NCBI GenBank assembly: GCA_054600435.1
Contig: BAAIJX010000006.1
Span: 1-64,000, forward strand
Origin: Neophaeotheca triangularis
Lineage: Eukaryota
Reading direction: 5' to 3'
DNA: 64,000 bases
Positions 34,148-45,498 of the stretch are shown piece after piece; within the stretch, counting starts at the first letter, position 1; each line of letters starts with the position of its first letter. The notes under the pieces are model-generated. The model made no database searches. It was given only the letters and a program-made list of their open reading frames with translations, and had not been told where the DNA came from. The translations under genes and the position numbers were made by a program.

Positions 34148-37100
34148 CTACTTCCTCGTAATCGCAGCGAGCTTGTCGAAACCCGAACGCTGCATCCCAA
34201 AGTCGATCTGGACTTGTTCGCCTTCGCCGTCCTCGTCCTTGTCCGTGCTGTCTTCGCCCTCCGCCTCCTCTCCCCCACGGGTCTCCTCTGCGTCCTTCTT
34301 CAACTCAAATTCGCCATGTCCTCCGTCCCCAGTCTCAATTTCCTTTGTTCCACCGCCGCCGCTCTCATCATCTCTTACTGAGATCTCGCCATCAGCCCTA
34401 ATCACAGGCTCCTCCCTCTCACCTCCCCGACCGCGCTCACCCACAACATCGTGCTTGTCAGACCCCGAATGCGATCCACGCACATCTCCTTCCGCCTGTA
34501 CCTCCCCCTCCTCCTCTGCCCCGCCAACCCCAAGCAAATCCACAACATCCCCACCCCTATACGTCTCCTCCCCCAACCTAACCTCCGGCAACTCCTCCAA
34601 CTTGAAATCGAGCCCCAACAAATCATAAGCCCTCTGCCTATCCCTCTGCCCTTTCAATTTGCTCTTCAAACCCGCCGGTTGCGAAGACCCATTCCCCGTT
34701 ACGCCAGCCTCCCAAACCCCGCCTTTGCCCTGACGAGCTAGAATCCCCAAGTCGCGGGCAAAAATCCAGGGGAAGGAGATGAAAGGCATGCTCGTCGGGT
34801 TGAGCTCACGGAGGGGGACTGGGCGGCCGCCGACAGTTTTCGTTTCTTTCGTCTCAGCCAACGCGACTTGCAGCTCTTGCGCAGTGATGGTGTAGCAAGC
34901 CGCGATGAAGGGACCGAGTTTCGTCCAGTCGCGCTCTTTGGGCGTGGTGCCGGCTTTTTCGCAACACAAGTCGATGTGCTGCTTCTTGATGCCGTCGAAT
35001 ATTTCGCCCAGCGTTTCTGCGAACTTGTAGTCGCCGACGTCTTGGCTGTGGTCGAGGACAAAGGCTGTCCAGACTTCGAACTCGGTCTGTACCGCGTATT
35101 GTGCCATTACGCGCTGGATGCTTTCATCGTAGGAAGTTTTGATCTCGCGGGCTGAGGTGAGAAGGTTGGAGGTTAGGTCTGTCGGGGTGTAAGCGTTGAG
35201 GATGCGGTTGTCGAAAGGCAGCTCCCAGGCCGGTACGAAGTCTGCGCGTTGAACGGTGTCGTAGAGTTGGCCCAGGATTGAGCGGGAGTGGTACACCTTT
35301 TTCTTGTTAACGTGAGTGTTTTCGGCCCAGTGCGGCCACGCTTGCGTGCGGAGCTCTTTGTCCATGATGGCGGGTACACCGCTTTTTGCGTAGTCGACGG
35401 CCATGGAGTGGAGGTTGGCGAGCGCGAGGCATTGATCCAGCTTCACTCCTTCGGCATACCGGTCGGCCCAGTAGCGATGAGCGGTGGCGATGCGTGGGAG
35501 GTTGTCATTCTTGAGGTGGTTGACGAAGAATTCGGCCATGTCGGTCACTGTGACGGGTCCATCGGCGACTATGGGGTCGGGGCCGGTGTAGTCCATGGGC
35601 GGATGGTCCCATTCACGAGGCATCATGGCGTTGTCCCACATGACGAGATAGTCGTCTCCATCGAGATCGCCACCGGAGCACATGTTGGCCAAATCGCGAT
35701 CACCAGTCTGAGGCAGTACCACGCAATTCTTGAGGTGATGCAGAGCAGGCACGTCAACAGCCAGGACAACTCTGATGTCGCCAGGGTGGAGGGAAGGATT
35801 ACGCGCAATAGCACAGACTCCATGGACCACCTTGTAAACATTGCGATTGTCCGCCGTGGGCACCTGTAAGAAGATCTGCGGCAGTCTCGAGGGGTCCGTC
35901 ACTTTGCCAACGTTCTTCTTGAAGTGACCCTGAAGAGTGCCAGTTTCATCGGTGCAACCCAACACGAAAGCGCCATCGTCGATGAAAATCTTGGCTTTCT
36001 CCTTTAGGCCTTTGAGTAGCCACGACTTCCACAAACGCAGGCATGAGATGAGGAAAGGCTCTTCAGTCTCCATGAAGCCGTCGTAGATGATACTGGCGAG
36101 GCTTAGCGTCGTCTGGTTGAAGTCGATCGTTTTCTGCAGCAGGGTCAAAGCGAGGTATCGGTCGTGCATCGCCCTTTCGATGTCGGAGATCTGCGACTTC
36201 ATCTTCTGGAGAAATACGTCCCCTCTGACACCCAGAGCAGTGAGTACGAGGATCAGCTGCTGATTGAGGAAAGCTGTTGAATGCTGCGAGAAGCGGATGA
36301 TTTCCAGACCTAAGTACTGGGCAGGGAATTTGTTTTGACTAGGCCGAAACTGGGCAATAGGGCCTCCTTTAATCGAAGGGTCAACGGCCAGCACTCCTTT
36401 GAAGCCTGCCAATCTGAACTGAAACACCGATGGATAGTTGACGATGGGATCGGGAATGTTGAACTCTTCCGCGATCAGTTGAGCCAGGTATGGGGAGATC
36501 TTGCCAACGCCATCCGTGAAGCAGTAGCCATTGCGCTCGACGTCCGGGATGGTTTCTACTTTCACCGATCCCGAATTGATCGGTCTGGTAGTTGAAAAGC
36601 ATTGTCCAACACGAGAACAGTACTTGGCAACGACGTTGATTTTGGCGAAATTGCCCATCCACGCTCGCATATCGGAGGCGTTCAGTGTGGCTGTCGGTGA
36701 GAAGAAGTAAGCGCCTCGCTCGCGGAATTGGGAGTTTCCAAAGGCCAGGAACTCGTAGTGACGGTCGCCTATATCGATGCCTTGTTGCATTGCTCGCTTG
36801 ATATGGGCATAGAGATCGTCCATACTGTTGTCAGTAGAGCCCATCAGGAAGCCTTTGTACCGCTCGTCTGTGAACTTGACGCGCAGGAAGCGGTCTTCGT
36901 GTTCTCGGTATTTGCGGATGACACGGTTTGACGTCTCCAACGTAGGGGAGTTGATGTAAATGGTCGTAGGTGTGAGAGTTGCGGAACGAACTTTCGTGCA
37001 GTGTCTAGGAATTTGCTTGAGCTTTGTAGACTTGCCAAAGAGATGATGTGAGCGGAGCAGATCAGTAGGGTCGGGATATCGCTCCTTGCGGTCGACAGCT

Positions 37101-38770
37101 TTCTCGAGCAGCTTGATCGCTTGCTCTTGATCCATGTTCGTGAGCTGCTGCATGAACTCCGGTCCAGTCACGTTGCATTCGTGGATTACTCCTTGGCTGA
37201 GACAGACTTCGAGCTGGTAGCGAACCGCGAACGTGAGCTGCGAGGAACCATTCTGAAGCAGTCTCAGATCCGAAAGCAGCGAAGAAGAAGGCGCGGTGGT
37301 TGGACTCTCAGCTGGTTGATCCAGCCACGACCACACTTGTGATGCAGTATTAGCTGACACCTCCAGGTCCTCAACTCTTTCGAGCTTGACATTATATTCA
37401 AACATTGCCTCGCGCAGCTCCCTATACGTCGCCGAACCAGAAGATTCCTCGCTCAGATCGACCTTATATGCCAGCCATCTGCCAACGTCCACAATTGATG
37501 TAGAGTCAACCAGCTTGACGGGCTTGTTGTTGGCTGCAGAAGCATAGGGGATGCTTGTGGTCCTTTGCCACGCCATATGGTCGTACCAATCATCGCCCTG
37601 ATGTGTAGCCAGAACATCTTCCAACCGACGGTAGACGAAGGGAGGAGACTCCACGCAGAGCACCAAGCTGCTAGTACCATCGCCGGCTTTTATCTCCAGC
37701 GCGCGTCTGATCTCCGTGAGGCGAATACATATACTGAAAGGTGTTGTTGAGGTGAAGACGTCACCATCCTCCTGGGCTTTATGGATGGGGACCCCAAAGA
37801 CCAGCTCCACATTCCTACGCCTGAGATTCAACGACAAAGAAGGAGGACTGAAGATGCTCGGGCTATCTGTGCATGACTGCATAACCACCAAGGCTTTGTC
37901 GTGCTTGAGCGTGCCAAAAGAGACTTGGTCCACCTCCACGCGCATCTCTTCTTTGAAGTTGCGTCCAGGCCGCGCCGGGTTGGCGTGGATGGCAACTTCG
38001 GTGGAATGCTCATCATATTGACAACGGATCTTAGCAGTGAACCCATTCCCAAGAGGGAAAGTGAATTCCGTTCGCTGAAGAATGCCGTCTCGTGGAGGAG
38101 GCTTGAAAGCCACTTTCGCCTCTCTTTCTCTGCTTCGGCCGCCTCGGGGGGGGAAGAGCTTGATCATCGAGATATCGCCATACGCGCTGAAGATCTTGTA
38201 CAAGTCACCCGTGCCCCAAGCCCTCGGCACACCGTTGAGACGGAAGGCGGCCTCAATGCGGCCTTCCCAGAACCTTTGAGCTCTGAGCATTGAAGGTCCA
38301 CGGGGTATTGGGTCCTGGACCTCTCTTTCCACGTTGGTGAGCCATTGCTGGACTTGCTTGTTGGGGGATCTGCGTGATGGTGAAGGGCTGGTCTCTGTGA
38401 CGTCGGGTTTTGGTTGCGGGGGCGGTTTGCCGTTTGGTAGCTGTCTGAGCATCGGTGGCTTCGTGTCCTGACTTCTTGCTGTGGAGACCGAAGGTGGCTG
38501 CCGCCTTACCGGAAGGGCCATGTTGGGTGGTTGGACTGAGGAAGGTTGGAGGATTGATCGAAAAGGCTTCCTTCCCTTTAATGAAGCCTCTTGAAATAAG
38601 CGACGCTTGAATGAGTCTCGCCGTTGAGGGGAATGCTGGGATTGTAGTCGGGCGTGTGTCTGTGTCTGAGCAGTAGTGGCAGTATCCAGGTTGATTTGCG
38701 CACCCTGCTTAGGTTGGGACGAGGTAACGACTTTGGTCGGTGTGGCTACTTTTGTGGGTACGGATGGCAC
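34148..38770 (-). CDS. Cellular RNA-dependent RNA polymerase (RNAi; SAD-1/Rdp1-like, with RRM-like N-terminal region)
   Basis: SNRVIR, DRFLRVKFTDE, FLAFGNSQFRE, FTDGVGKIS, FQFRLAGFKGVL, RNPSLHPGDIR, catalytic SGGDLDGDDY. True start uncertain (first in-frame ATG at 38521). Confidence 0.95.
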   Translation of the reverse strand: MPSVPTKVATPTKVVTSSQPKQGAQINLDTATTAQTQTHARLQSQHSPQRRDSFKRRLFQEASLKGRKPFRSILQPSSVQPPNMALPVRRQPPSVSTARSQDTKPPMLRQLPNGKPPPQPKPDVTETSPSPSRRSPNKQVQQWLTNVEREVQDPIPRGPSMLRAQRFWEGRIEAAFRLNGVPRAWGTGDLYKIFSAYGDISMIKLFPPRGGRSREREAKVAFKPPPRDGILQRTEFTFPLGNGFTAKIRCQYDEHSTEVAIHANPARPGRNFKEEMRVEVDQVSFGTLKHDKALVVMQSCTDSPSIFSPPSLSLNLRRRNVELVFGVPIHKAQEDGDVFTSTTPFSICIRLTEIRRALEIKAGDGTSSLVLCVESPPFVYRRLEDVLATHQGDDWYDHMAWQRTTSIPYASAANNKPVKLVDSTSIVDVGRWLAYKVDLSEESSGSATYRELREAMFEYNVKLERVEDLEVSANTASQVWSWLDQPAESPTTAPSSSLLSDLRLLQNGSSQLTFAVRYQLEVCLSQGVIHECNVTGPEFMQQLTNMDQEQAIKLLEKAVDRKERYPDPTDLLRSHHLFGKSTKLKQIPRHCTKVRSATLTPTTIYINSPTLETSNRVIRKYREHEDRFLRVKFTDERYKGFLMGSTDNSMDDLYAHIKRAMQQGIDIGDRHYEFLAFGNSQFRERGAYFFSPTATLNASDMRAWMGNFAKINVVAKYCSRVGQCFSTTRPINSGSVKVETIPDVERNGYCFTDGVGKISPYLAQLIAEEFNIPDPIVNYPSVFQFRLAGFKGVLAVDPSIKGGPIAQFRPSQNKFPAQYLGLEIIRFSQHSTAFLNQQLILVLTALGVRGDVFLQKMKSQISDIERAMHDRYLALTLLQKTIDFNQTTLSLASIIYDGFMETEEPFLISCLRLWKSWLLKGLKEKAKIFIDDGAFVLGCTDETGTLQGHFKKNVGKVTDPSRLPQIFLQVPTADNRNVYKVVHGVCAIARNPSLHPGDIRVVLAVDVPALHHLKNCVVLPQTGDRDLANMCSGGDLDGDDYLVMWDNAMMPREWDHPPMDYTGPDPIVADGPVTVTDMAEFFVNHLKNDNLPRIATAHRYWADRYAEGVKLDQCLALANLHSMAVDYAKSGVPAIMDKELRTQAWPHWAENTHVNKKKVYHSRSILGQLYDTVQRADFVPAWELPFDNRILNAYTPTDLTSNLLTSAREIKTSYDESIQRVMAQYAVQTEFEVWTAFVLDHSQDVGDYKFAETLGEIFDGIKKQHIDLCCEKAGTTPKERDWTKLGPFIAACYTITAQELQVALAETKETKTVGGRPVPLRELNPTSMPFISFPWIFARDLGILARQGKGGVWEAGVTGNGSSQPAGLKSKLKGQRDRQRAYDLLGLDFKLEELPEVRLGEETYRGGDVVDLLGVGGAEEEGEVQAEGDVRGSHSGSDKHDVVGERGRGGEREEPVIRADGEISVRDDESGGGGTKEIETGDGGHGEFELKKDAEETRGGEEAEGEDSTDKDEDGEGEQVQIDFGMQRSGFDKLAAITRK

Positions 38771-39461
38771 CTGAGTAGTGGATGTTGGCGAGGCTGGTCG
38801 AGTAGTATCTAATGATGTTGAGTCAGTGCTGCTGAAGACTGTGCTTATTGAAGAAGACGGGAGATGTTGTTGTAAGAGGAAGTTGAAGCTTTCACGGCCC
38901 CAAGCTCAAGTTTCTTATCCATCTAGGCACATGCAAAGGTGCATGTAAACAACTGAAGTGGAAGGTACGCCCTTTTTGCTAAGCTGTGGAAGCAGGATAA
39001 CATCTTTCACAGTGGCCGAGTGAAGTAGCATACACAACAAATAGAGTAGTACCCGACTCACCTATCGCATCTTCCCCCTCTCTCGTCACCCTCATCAATC
39101 TCGTCGCCAAATGTGCCTTCATCGTACTTTCCTTGCCGATATCACGTTCACGTTCACGTTCAAGGAGAACGCATGGATGGGAAATGATAGACCAGAGTAG
39201 TTCCAACGAAAGCCTTTCAACTTGCCAAAACAAGAAACTCTTTTCGCGCCCACCACCCCCGTTTGCCTATCCCAAAACAGCAATCAACGCCAATGCACGC
39301 TTTCCATGCGGGTATCCTTTTCGTGTAACGGGGCCAGCCGAACGAGAGAACACCATGCCCAGTTCCTCGTCCCCAATACCAAAACCCAAATAGTGAACAC
39401 CAAAAAGAAGCTCCAGGCCCAATCTAAATCACAGCGCGTACAACCCGCTTTTTCATGGCCT

Positions 39462-42400
39462 TCACTCCCCTTCAAACCCTTGCCCCAAGTCTAACATCCC
39501 CCTCCCAGGCGTACTAGCGAAAACATCGCTCCCATCCAACGTACTATCGTCAAAAGTGCCTTGGGGAGCAGACTCTCCACCACCGCCGTCGCCGCCCTTC
39601 ACAGGCGACCTCGTCGCCCCCTTACTAGGCGACATATTCACGCTCAAGCCCAACAACGGGTGCCTTTTCCCCGTATCCCTACCAAGCAAACTCTGCCTCG
39701 CACCAGGCCTGGCGACACTCGCTCTCGCCTGCGTCTGCAGCGTCGTCGAAGCTCTGAGCGACTTCCTTGCAGGCCGGGGGCGTTTGGGCGTGGGCCCATT
39801 CTTCGACTCCCCCGAGCTGACGTTGGAAGCGAAAGAGACGTTCTCGTCATCCGCGGTGTCGGCTGGGGCTTCGGTTTCGTCCGTGTCACCGGGTGTCGGG
39901 GGCGAGATGTCCAGTTCGCTGGTTTCGGTGTTGCCGGTGTTGGTCGTAGAGGTTCGCGCGCGGTGGGCGAGGGTGGGTTGCTGGCCGGGGAGTGCGCCAA
40001 TGCCCATGGCTGCCATGAGGTTTGTGCGCATGGCGTTGGCTTGGGCAATTTCGTCGTCTTTGCGGTGGCATCTTTGTTGAAGCTTTTCGATCTTTGAGGG
40101 AATATTAGTTAGGCTGGTGGATTTGTAGGGGGTTCAGGAGTGATTTTACCTTCTTGTAGTAGTCTTGCAACTTGGCATTCCGTTGCGCCAACTCGTTTTT
40201 ATACTGTTGTTGAGCCTGCTTTGCCTCTTCTCGGAACTGCGCAAGATTGTTTCTTAGGTTGTCGACATCGTTGTCGCGCTCTGTTGCAAGCCTTGCTAGA
40301 ACTTCTTCATGTGATACCCGTGCAGCCTCAACCGAATCAGCGGCCTCTTGTCGTATCCTTAGGACTTCGTCACGACCACCATCTTTCGTAGCTGCAAGTT
40401 CATTCTGCAGCTTCTCGATCTGGCCATTAAGATGACTCTGCTGTTCGGTGAGGGCACGCTCGACCTCGTCAAGGGCTGTGATTTCATCTTGTTGTTGCGA
40501 CCGGGCCTTTTGTAAAGTCTCGATTTCTGTGCGCAAGGCGTCCCTATCCGTCTTGGTGTCCTCGAGTTCCTGCTGAGCTTGCTGCAAGGCATTCTGGCCG
40601 CTGGCGACGTCCTCCTGAAGCTGAGCTTGGCGCTCTGCCATCTCCTCGAGCTGTCCTTCCTTGTTGGCGAGTACAGTGGCGTGCTGCAGAGCATCATCCT
40701 CTCTGCCACGACGGGTGTCTCGCAAACGTTCCTCGGCATCTTCTTCTTGGCTGCGGAGTCTTTCCTCCAAATCACTGAGTCTACGAGCAAGACCCTCCAC
40801 TTCCTCGTGGCTCGCCTCCAGTTCAACCTCGCACATCTCCTTTTCGCTTTGTAGAGTATCGAAGCGCATCCCTTCTTCGAGAGTTTTCGCTTCGAGGTCG
40901 GAATAGGCTCTGCTGAGTTCGTCGTATTGCTGTTGCAGACCGTCGTAGCGCTCCTTCTCACTGCGTATGGGCGCTTCAATGTCCTCGCATCGCTTTTCCA
41001 GATCCACGCAGGCTTGCGCAAAGAGATTCGAGATACTGCTGTACTCTTGACGGGCCTTGAGTTGCAGATGCGCGTCGAGTGCTTCCTTCCAGTTGCCGTT
41101 CCCGGGCTGTGTAGGGACAGGCTCCTCAGCAGCAAAAGCAGCAAAAGGTGTCTGCCTTTTTCGGGCGGGTATCTGATGAGTGCATGGCTCTTGAGATGCG
41201 CAAGCAAGGGCATGGAGGTTCAAGAGCTGCTGCACAGTACTTGCCGAAGGGCGACTTTCTTCCGAAGCATATGCGGCGCTGAGTAGCAGGCTACTTAACG
41301 ACCTCGATATCGCACAGCGGGTCGCTCGTAGCGCCGTACCACAAACATGCTCAGAATCTGAACCCGCCTCTGTGCTTCCACAACGAAGCATCTGAGCTAG
41401 CTTGTTGACTCTGTCGGAGAAGTCTGCTCGCACCAGTATCGCTGAGACACCCTCGGTGACTGCAGGCATGTGTACTGTCATTGTGCTGAGCTGGTCCAGA
41501 GCGGTGATTAAGTGCTCGGTAATACTTAGCGAATCCGCAAGGTTGCTGTCGCATACAAAGTCCATTACCTCGGAAGCAAACCGGGTCATCGTTTTCCAGT
41601 CCGCCACTTCTATGCCATGATCTAGCAATGGAAGCCGATCGTACTGCTTCTCGCAATATGGCAGCGACTGAACGTGCAAGACCTTTTGGCCGAGTGTATC
41701 TTTGGCTCTGAGGGGCAGATTATGCACACCAAATACAGAGGCCGCAAAAGACAGGCCATGAAGTTGTACACGCGGGTCAGCCTCGGCTGCCATGAGTTTC
41801 TCGAGCAGCTTTCCCGTAATGGCACCGTTCGCCCCTGTCCAGGCCTTCTTCGTCTCGGTGGGCACGGCATCGACAACCTCATTTGCGATGACGAGATTTT
41901 CGCAGGCCTCGCTGATGGTAGCTTTTGTCGCCGACCGGCATATCCACAACGCCTGGAGAACGACTAATTGCATGGTACGGTGGCCTTTACTGCCATGAAA
42001 GAACTGCTCCATCTCGTCGGAGCGCCACTTTGGCGTGCTGCAGCTTGCACTTGCGAAAAAGTCTTGAGTATCGTAGCGTTGGCTTGAAGATCGAAGCGCC
42101 AGCTCGGGGCTAGTAGTGAGCAGCTTCATGATTGCCAGGCAGTAGATGTTTAGACAATCATCTTGCATGCCTTTTACATGATTTTGAAGGATGCTGAAGA
42201 CGTGCTCTTCGAACTTTGACATGGTCTGGTGCGACAAAAGGTTCACAAGCAGAGGGCCAGCTCCTTTGAGGATTTTGTAAATTGGCTTGACTGTCGCGGC
42301 CGAAGGATGCTTTGCTGCGTGATCGAAGAGCCGAATGAAAAGAGTCTGCACGCCAGCTGGGCACGGCATGTCTCGTGGAAGTGGTTGAGACAATATCGAT

Positions 42401-42843
42401 ATAGCTGGGACGGCGTATTTGGTCACGAGGTCGGTGGGCTTGACGGCCTCTTGAACCAGCCATTCCAGCAAACAAGGCTCTCGTGCCAACATTGCATCAC
42501 GGAGAGCCTTGTTTGAGCCTTGAGCTACGTTAGTCGTTTTCGAATATTATCTTGGCAACTCGTACGTACAGATAGAGGTAACGATATCCAGCACGTATGG
42601 CCATTGCTTCAGGCCCTCGAGGAGAGTGGCCACCAGCGGCTGGATAAGACATGGGTTCGACAAGGTCCATTGGTCGATTTCGGCTTGCGAAGACCTCCGG
42701 CATACGATCTCTTCGAGTTGCTGTTCAGAGTCAGTAAGCCTGCTCCTGGCTACCCATGGGCAGGGGTTGCATACCTGGAGACTTGTCGGGTATGGGCTGC
42801 GGACGATGCGTCGAGCCTCTGCGGCAAGCTCGTCGTACGCCAT
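39462..42843 (-). CDS. Large hypothetical protein with helical N-terminus and long coiled coil (multi-exon)
   Basis: ORFs 42547-42843, 40105-42492 and 39462-40031 can be joined by GT-AG introns. E/Q/L-rich heptad region. No family recognised. Confidence 0.75.
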
Positions 42844-43455
42844 TCTCTGCAGATACCTTGGCCGTCGGAGATTCTTCCAGAACTACACCCTTTCTGACTG
42901 TTCGTGCGTCGACGGGCTTTCTAGGTAAGGTGTGCTATCGCCCTGCTCTCGCCACTGACCGGGCACCTCATGTTCGAGACTTGAAGTTGTAGTTGAAGCT
43001 GAAGCCGAAGCCGACGTTGTCAGGGCAACCAAGCGTGCGACCAGAACATCTACATACAATGCGCGCCAAATACCGGTAGTTCTCCGACGTAGCTCAATTG
43101 TAGGGACCACAAGTCCGACGGTATGGGACATGTAATAATCCCTAGGTACCGTACCTTAGTGATAATATAAAACACTGCCCATCATGTCATCGGCGCAACA
43201 GAGTCCTACGGGCACGGGTAGGTTGGCCGTCGGCAACCGGCTCGGCATGCATTTCCCCAAAGCCGAAGTCGGCTACTCACCAGCACCTCATCTCTACTAC
43301 CTCCTAGTACTACCAAGTATGTACCTTTCAATTAATCAGTCACCTCCATGTGCCCTACCCTCAGTAATAAGGGACTGGCAGTCAATCTCACTGCATGGCA
43401 ATTTGTGCATCCCGCAAAATCGCCTATCTTGGCCAACATGAATGGCCCACCGACA

Positions 43456-45349
43456 ATGAAACTGGCTAGGCGTATGGTTGCCCACGCGTCCAAACTGTCG
43501 ACGCCGAGGCCTATCCCAATTAACAAGAGGTGGCAGTCGACGACAAGCCGAACCACGTCGCAACCCACCCAGAACTTCTGGACGACCGGACGCGTTCTTC
43601 TCCTGAGCGCTTTCACCGGTAGCTTGACATACCTATATGGTGTCAACGACACTTCGTCGTTACTTCGGAAAAGCGACGAGGTTACGGTCAAAAAAGGCCT
43701 CCCGGCCTTTGCCACGCGAGCAGAGCTGGAAAAGGCGATCAAGGAACTACGCGACGCACTGGGCGAAGATGCTATAAGTACCGACGACGAGGATCTGCAC
43801 CGTCATGGTTTCAGCGAATGGTCTTCGATCAACATTGACACGTTGCCCATAGCCGTGGCATATCCTAAAAGCACCGAGGAGGTTAGCCAGATTGCTAAAT
43901 GTTGTCACAAGTACCGCGTGCCTATGATTCCCTATTCTGGCGGCTCCAGTCTTGAGGCTAACTTCTCTTGTCCTCACGGTATGCTCCCGTCTATCGATTT
44001 ACGCATACATCGCATGGCTAATATCACAAAGGCGGTTTCAGCGTTGACTTCACCTTTATGGATAAAATGCTCGAGCTGAGACCCGAGGACATGGACGTCA
44101 CTGTACAGCCGGCCCTGGGATGGATGACTCTTAACGAGCAGATCAAAGACTCTGGCCTTTTCTTCCCGGTAGACCCTGGACCGAGCGCCATGATCGGCGG
44201 AATGGTTGGGACCAGCTGCTCGGGCACCAACGCCGTACGATACGGTACGATGAAGGACTGGGTCGTGAACCTCACCGTTGTCCTGGCTGATGGCACAGTT
44301 GTCAAGACCAGAAGGCGGCCGCGCAAGTCCAGTGCCGGGTACAATCTCACAGGATTGTTCGTGGGCAGCGAGGGCACCTTGGGGCTAGTCACAGAAGCCA
44401 CTTTGAAACTCGCAGTCATTCCGCAGGAAACTTCGGTCGCCGTCGTAGACTTTCCTAGCATCCGAGCGGCTGCCTCTGCCGCATCTGGAGTAATGTACGA
44501 CAACCGTCACCTCTCTCCCCATGCCCACGCTAACCCTGGTAATGTATAGGAGATCTGGCATACCAGTCGCCGCGATGGAAATCATGGACGACGTTCAGAT
44601 GAACGTGGTTAACCAAGCAGGTGCGACGAAGAAGAAATGGAAGGAAGTACCGACGCTCTTCTTCAAATTCTCAGGCACGCCTACAAGCGTCAAAGAGCAC
44701 ATCCAGCAAGTCAAGGAGATCAGCAAGCGCAACTCCAGTGGTGCCTTTGAATTCACCGCGGACCCGGAAGAGCAGAAAGCCCTTTGGTCCGCGCGGAAAG
44801 AGAGCCTATGGTCTATGCTTGCGCTGAGGAAAGAGGGGGAGGATGTATGGAGTACCGACGTCGCCGTGCCATTGTCGCGACTACCGGATATTATCGAAGT
44901 GAGCAAGAAAGAAATGGATGAGCTCGGCTTGTTCGCTAGCATCCTCGGCCACATCGGAGGTAAGTGGTTTGACCTTTTTGACCGCCACCTGTGAACGCCT
45001 TGCTTACATACACCCTTTGTCAGACGGCAACTTCCACGAATCCGTCATGTACAATGCCAAAGACCCGGAAGAGAGAAAGCGTGTCGAAGCCTCCATCTAC
45101 CGGATGGTCGACAGGGCGCTGGAGATGGAAGGCACGTGCACAGGTGAGCATGGCATTGGGTTGGGTAAGAAGGAGAGCTTGGTCAAGGAGCTTGGTCTGG
45201 ACACCATCGGCGTCATGCAGAAGATCAAAGCTGCGCTGGATCCCAGGGGTTTGATGAACCCCGGAAAGGTACGCGCGCTGTTGCCGACCAAAGACGATGC
45301 TGCTGATTTGCTAACTCTACCTTTGCAGGTTTTTGACCCCCCCAGCTGA
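43456..45349 (+). CDS. DLD1: Mitochondrial FAD-dependent D-lactate dehydrogenase (cytochrome)
   Basis: Presequence-like N-terminus, YSGGSSLE, FFPVDPGP, SGTNAVRYGTM, RKSSAGYNLT..GSEGTLG, GHIG|DGNFH, GEHGIG, MNPGK. Four introns; start could be 43348, 43438 or 43456. Confidence 0.93.
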
Positions 45350-45498
45350 GACGGTCTCTGAGTGCTCACGTCTTGGATTTGAATTTGTACGAATTGCAAA
45401 GGGCGCCGTCTTGTTCTGGAAGAAAAGGATCCAACTAAGCCTGACTACAAACAGCTATACCAGTGGAAATCCCAGAATCCTTCTTCATGGCTCGACTC

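Noticed and set aside
34148..38770. Endogenous viral RdRP
   Set aside because: The DLDGD catalytic motif and flanking motifs are those of cellular RNAi RdRPs, not viral palm-domain GDD enzymes.
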